Assembly (NCBI GenBank): GCA_963772835.1
Contig: CAVYYZ010000024.1
Location: forward strand, 96,001-160,000
DNA length: 64,000 nucleotides
From: an uncultured delta proteobacterium
Lineage (GTDB): Bacteria; Desulfobacterota; Desulfuromonadia; Geobacterales; Pseudopelobacteraceae
Direction: 5' to 3'
The translations under genes were made by a program, and so were the position numbers. Positions 60,799-64,000 of the stretch are shown in pieces (within the stretch, counting starts at the first letter, position 1; each line of letters opens with the position of its first letter). Under the pieces are notes generated by a model. That model made no database searches and had not been told where the DNA came from. It saw only the letters and a list, made by a program, of their open reading frames with translations.

Positions 60799-62191
60799 GT
60801 CCGTATTCCTTCCAGCGCTGCGAAACGAGGGCGGCACAGCCGGAAGAGGTTTTTACCTCTTCACGGTGCATGCGACTTCCGGTTGCATCTATTGCAATTC
60901 GTCCGGTTGCACTGTCATGCATAATGTCGTCACCCGCTTCAGTCACATTTACGGCTTTCCAGGCTCCCTGTGCGAGCCCGTTTTTTTCTCCGTCAGCAGT
61001 TACAAACAACAGTACCCGGGCCGCGGCAAACCACGGCAGGGCCCATAAACGGGTGGAAATGTTCCGTACCATGCCGGGCTGAGGGTTTTCAAGGGAAATG
61101 ATGGCGCTTTGATGGAAAACCCACTCAAACGGAAAGTTGATATCGGTGACCGACGGCTCGATTCTCTTAAGAAACGCCAGCAGCAACCGTTCCCACGCCT
61201 GTGCCATCCAGCAGTCCTCCATCGGTGGCGGCCCGACAACGGTCGCAGGGATGACGGCGTCAGGGCGGTGGCTGATGGCGGCTACCCGCATCAGGGGGGC
61301 CGGAGCGGCGGGAGAATAGAAACCGGTGTGGTTGCCGAACGGCCCTTCAGTGACAGTGTCACCCGGCTCAACATACCCTTCGATGACGACCTCAGCCCCG
61401 ACAGGAACCCGTAGCGGGACATTCCGGCAGGGGGCCGTAGCAATCGGGGCACCACGCAGAAAACCGGCAAAAGTAAGTTCGTCAAGAGTGCCTGGCAGAG
61501 GGAACGTGGCACTGAACAGTGTTGCCGGATCGCCACCCAGAACAATGGCAACCGGCATTGCCATTCCGGCACGGCGGAATTGCTCGAAGTGCCGTGCTCC
61601 GCCACTGCCCGAGTGCCACTGAATGGCAGCCCCCTGCTCGCCACGCAGTTGGATCCGGTATAGGCCGCAATTCGGCGAATTGCCATACGGACCGGCAGTG
61701 AAAACCTGTGCCAGGGTACTATAGCGTCCGTGACCGTCTGCAGCACCGTCGCCCGGCCAGCTCTGCAGAAAAGGGAAACGAGCCAGATCCGGAGGATCCA
61801 TGCAGATCAGTGCCGGGTCATGCTCAGTTGTTTCATGGGGGGCAAAGCGCTTGAATTCCGGGAGGGAGGCAATCTGACGGTCAAGTATCGCGACATCAGG
61901 TTCAGATATCAAATCAAGCAGTGCGCTCAGACGGGCAGTTAACTCGTGTAGGTTCGATACGCCGAGCGCCCGGCAGACACGATCCGGTGAGCCGAACAGA
62001 TTGGTGGCAACCGCAAACTCACTGCCGGCCGGATGTTCAAAGAGCAATGCTCTGCCGCCGTTCGGCTGTTTACAGACCCGGTTGGTAATGGCGGCAACTT
62101 CGAGGAGGGGGTTTACGGAAACCTGTACACGGGAAAGCTCACCGTTAGACTCCAGCAAAGAGATAAACTCGTGCAGGTCATTTACGGGCAT
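60791..62191 (-). CDS. ubiD: UbiD-family decarboxylase homolog
   Basis: ALLFE, NLFGS, NCGLYR, EVVIEG, EGPFGNHTGFY, VGPPPMED. Confidence 0.88.
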   Translation of the reverse strand: MPVNDLHEFISLLESNGELSRVQVSVNPLLEVAAITNRVCKQPNGGRALLFEHPAGSEFAVATNLFGSPDRVCRALGVSNLHELTARLSALLDLISEPDVAILDRQIASLPEFKRFAPHETTEHDPALICMDPPDLARFPFLQSWPGDGAADGHGRYSTLAQVFTAGPYGNSPNCGLYRIQLRGEQGAAIQWHSGSGGARHFEQFRRAGMAMPVAIVLGGDPATLFSATFPLPGTLDELTFAGFLRGAPIATAPCRNVPLRVPVGAEVVIEGYVEPGDTVTEGPFGNHTGFYSPAAPAPLMRVAAISHRPDAVIPATVVGPPPMEDCWMAQAWERLLLAFLKRIEPSVTDINFPFEWVFHQSAIISLENPQPGMVRNISTRLWALPWFAAARVLLFVTADGEKNGLAQGAWKAVNVTEAGDDIMHDSATGRIAIDATGSRMHREEVKTSSGCAALVSQRWKEYGLA

Positions 62192-62211
62192 GGCACGTTT
62201 TTGCGTACGGC

Positions 62212-62242
62212 CGATTGGTATACCCTTCCGGTATACCAATCG
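62212..62242. promoter_or_regulatory. Perfect 13-bp inverted repeat upstream of ubiD (candidate operator)
   Basis: CGATTGGTATACC-CTTCC-GGTATACCAATCG. Confidence 0.55.
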
Positions 62243-62332
62243 TAGCGGGGTATTCTCATCATGCGTGAAGTGTAATATGGAGCGGGTGGGGGTGGCAATG
62301 CAAAACTGATGTCGGAGTGTATTAAATCCCGT

Positions 62333-62791
62333 TCAATATTTCGGTACAGGTATGTGCTGCCGGGGAAAATCCTCGGAATCCAGAATGTTGACCAATTGAG
62401 ACAATCCGTTTGCTATGTTGTTCAGCTTGTTTTCAGACAGCATTTTAAGGCCTTTCATCAGCATATTCTGACCTACATCGGGAGCCCGGTTTATAATGCT
62501 TCTGCCATTGGGCGTGAGGCTGACATGCACAAGACGCCGGTCGTGCAGCGATCGTACCCGTTGAACAAAGGACTTTTCTTCGAGTACATCCAGGATTCGG
62601 ACGACAGTAGATGTATTTACATACATTTGATCAGCCAGCATGGAAACGGTTACAGAATGTGCGGTCTCCTCAGAAAGTGCCTTGAGCGCCCAGAGTTGGG
62701 GGCCGGTCAAACCGGACTCAAGCGCCTCATGTTTTGATTGTTTATTCACAACCTGAAACAGGCGGCGCAAATTGTTTGCCGTTTCGTCCAT
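62333..62791 (-). CDS. MarR-family transcriptional regulator
   Basis: GLTGPQLWAL, STVVRILDVLE, DRRLVHVSLTPNG. Confidence 0.92.
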   Translation of the reverse strand: MDETANNLRRLFQVVNKQSKHEALESGLTGPQLWALKALSEETAHSVTVSMLADQMYVNTSTVVRILDVLEEKSFVQRVRSLHDRRLVHVSLTPNGRSIINRAPDVGQNMLMKGLKMLSENKLNNIANGLSQLVNILDSEDFPRQHIPVPKY

Positions 62792-62962
62792 AATAATCGA
62801 ACTGTTTCTTCTAAGGGTCATACGTGGCCTCACTTTCAGTTCCACTGCTATGCAGGTCCTCTGCCACTTTATGGCCGCCATGCGCTTTCAGTCCGCAGGC
62901 ATTTTTTGCGTTCCGGGTTCTATCAGCCAGGCCGGGAGGGTCCTGCCCCAGCCCGGCAGCTT

Positions 62963-63793
62963 TCACCCTTCAATCTTGTCCCATGAATGGGGAATCGTTG
63001 CCGGGAAGGGAAAAAGAGACAGCCCGTTTCTGTCACCGACGTATAATCCGCCCTGAACGTCATGTTGATATCCGATCCAGTCACGAAAGGGTATCCGGTT
63101 GAGGCAATCTTCGAAAACAATGGTTTTTGTCTTCTTTGTCTCATGTTCTTCAAGCTCCTTTCGCGCTTCGGCGAAACGGCTCTGGGCAGCAAGTTGCGGC
63201 TGTTCATTGCGGATCTCGGTAAACATCACCTGACGGAAGATCTTACCGGGCCGGTGTGTGGCGTACCAGGCATACTCCTCAGGCGTAAGATTTGAGAGCA
63301 TAATGAACTGAGTCGGGCGGATGACCAGATAGAGGCGCGGGATACGAATGCCGGACGTTGGTTGTCCAACCGCCTGAGCCACCTGCTCTGTAGTCATCCT
63401 CTCATCGCAGGCATGGTTTGGATACCTCAGCAGCTGAATCGCCTCATCGAGTTTCAATGTTTCTCCGCCCGTTTTGACGAGATAGCAGCTTTGGTAGGCG
63501 GTGATGGGAACGCAATTGAAGGCATAACTTGAAAGGGCTGTTTTGGTGCGGCTCCCCGATTTGACGCCGGCAAGGGCGGCCGTAGAGTCGCCAAAGGCAT
63601 CCCGCCATCCCCCCTCATCGAGATAATGGAAACCGGGTTTTTCACCATCAGTGGGAAGGTCAATCAAGATGCTGCGACCACGGAAATGCTTTCCTGAACC
63701 GGGGCTGCGGCGTTGGGCCAGGCCGTTGATGCCAAGGCTGGTGGCTGTAACACTGCCGGTCGGGATTGCAAGAATGAGATGTGACTCGTTCAT
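62963..63793 (-). CDS. Hypothetical protein with internal two-fold repeat
   Basis: 276-aa ORF with AGGAG RBS; the two halves share motif order. Confidence 0.78.
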   Translation of the reverse strand: MNESHLILAIPTGSVTATSLGINGLAQRRSPGSGKHFRGRSILIDLPTDGEKPGFHYLDEGGWRDAFGDSTAALAGVKSGSRTKTALSSYAFNCVPITAYQSCYLVKTGGETLKLDEAIQLLRYPNHACDERMTTEQVAQAVGQPTSGIRIPRLYLVIRPTQFIMLSNLTPEEYAWYATHRPGKIFRQVMFTEIRNEQPQLAAQSRFAEARKELEEHETKKTKTIVFEDCLNRIPFRDWIGYQHDVQGGLYVGDRNGLSLFPFPATIPHSWDKIEG

Positions 63794-63868
63794 GGCGTAT
63801 GGCTCCTGTTTGATATATTTACGTTCATTGTATCATGCCTGTGCTATTTGGAAAATATCGCAGGAATG

Positions 63869-64000
<132 letters not shown>

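Overview
Chromosomal window of a Geobacteraceae-like deltaproteobacterium (inferred from gene content and order); mostly housekeeping. Left to right: (1) a porin-cytochrome electron-conduit operon on the minus strand (beta-barrel porin, pentaheme lipoprotein cytochrome, and a multiheme lipoprotein cytochrome cut by the window edge and absent from the ORF track), preceded by a sigma70 promoter and a 23-aa hydrophobic sORF; (2) mscL, ppiC, folD, a SlyD-like FKBP with an internal Cys/acidic insert, and a 710-aa EF-hand membrane protein; (3) a complete dcw cluster (mraZ to ftsZ) with MraZ boxes, a PilZ gene between mraY and murD, and a GTAG-type REP doublet overlapping the murD stop; (4) aminotransferase, glgP, a DHH-CBS tRNA nucleotidyltransferase, ppnP, gluQ, Slp lipoprotein, fba, PilZ plus GAF-MCP, a probable pan RNA leader and panBC; (5) an isolated nuoH-ankyrin-nuoIJKL block lacking nuoA-G and nuoMN; (6) engB-folE2-TIGR04282-mqnB, yggS, maf, glcD-like, FKBP, greB; (7) a three-gene operon with a CRP/FNR(HcpR)-type box (CxxC protein, Cys-rich protein, hemerythrin), a decayed dehydrogenase remnant and an orphan ABC binding protein; (8) ubiD-lipoprotein-ubiA-ubiX plus a GT2-like gene, MarR, an internally duplicated hypothetical protein and the 3' end of hppA. 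I saw no rRNA, tRNA, CRISPR array, transposase or prophage. All calls come from reading motifs by eye; no searches were run.
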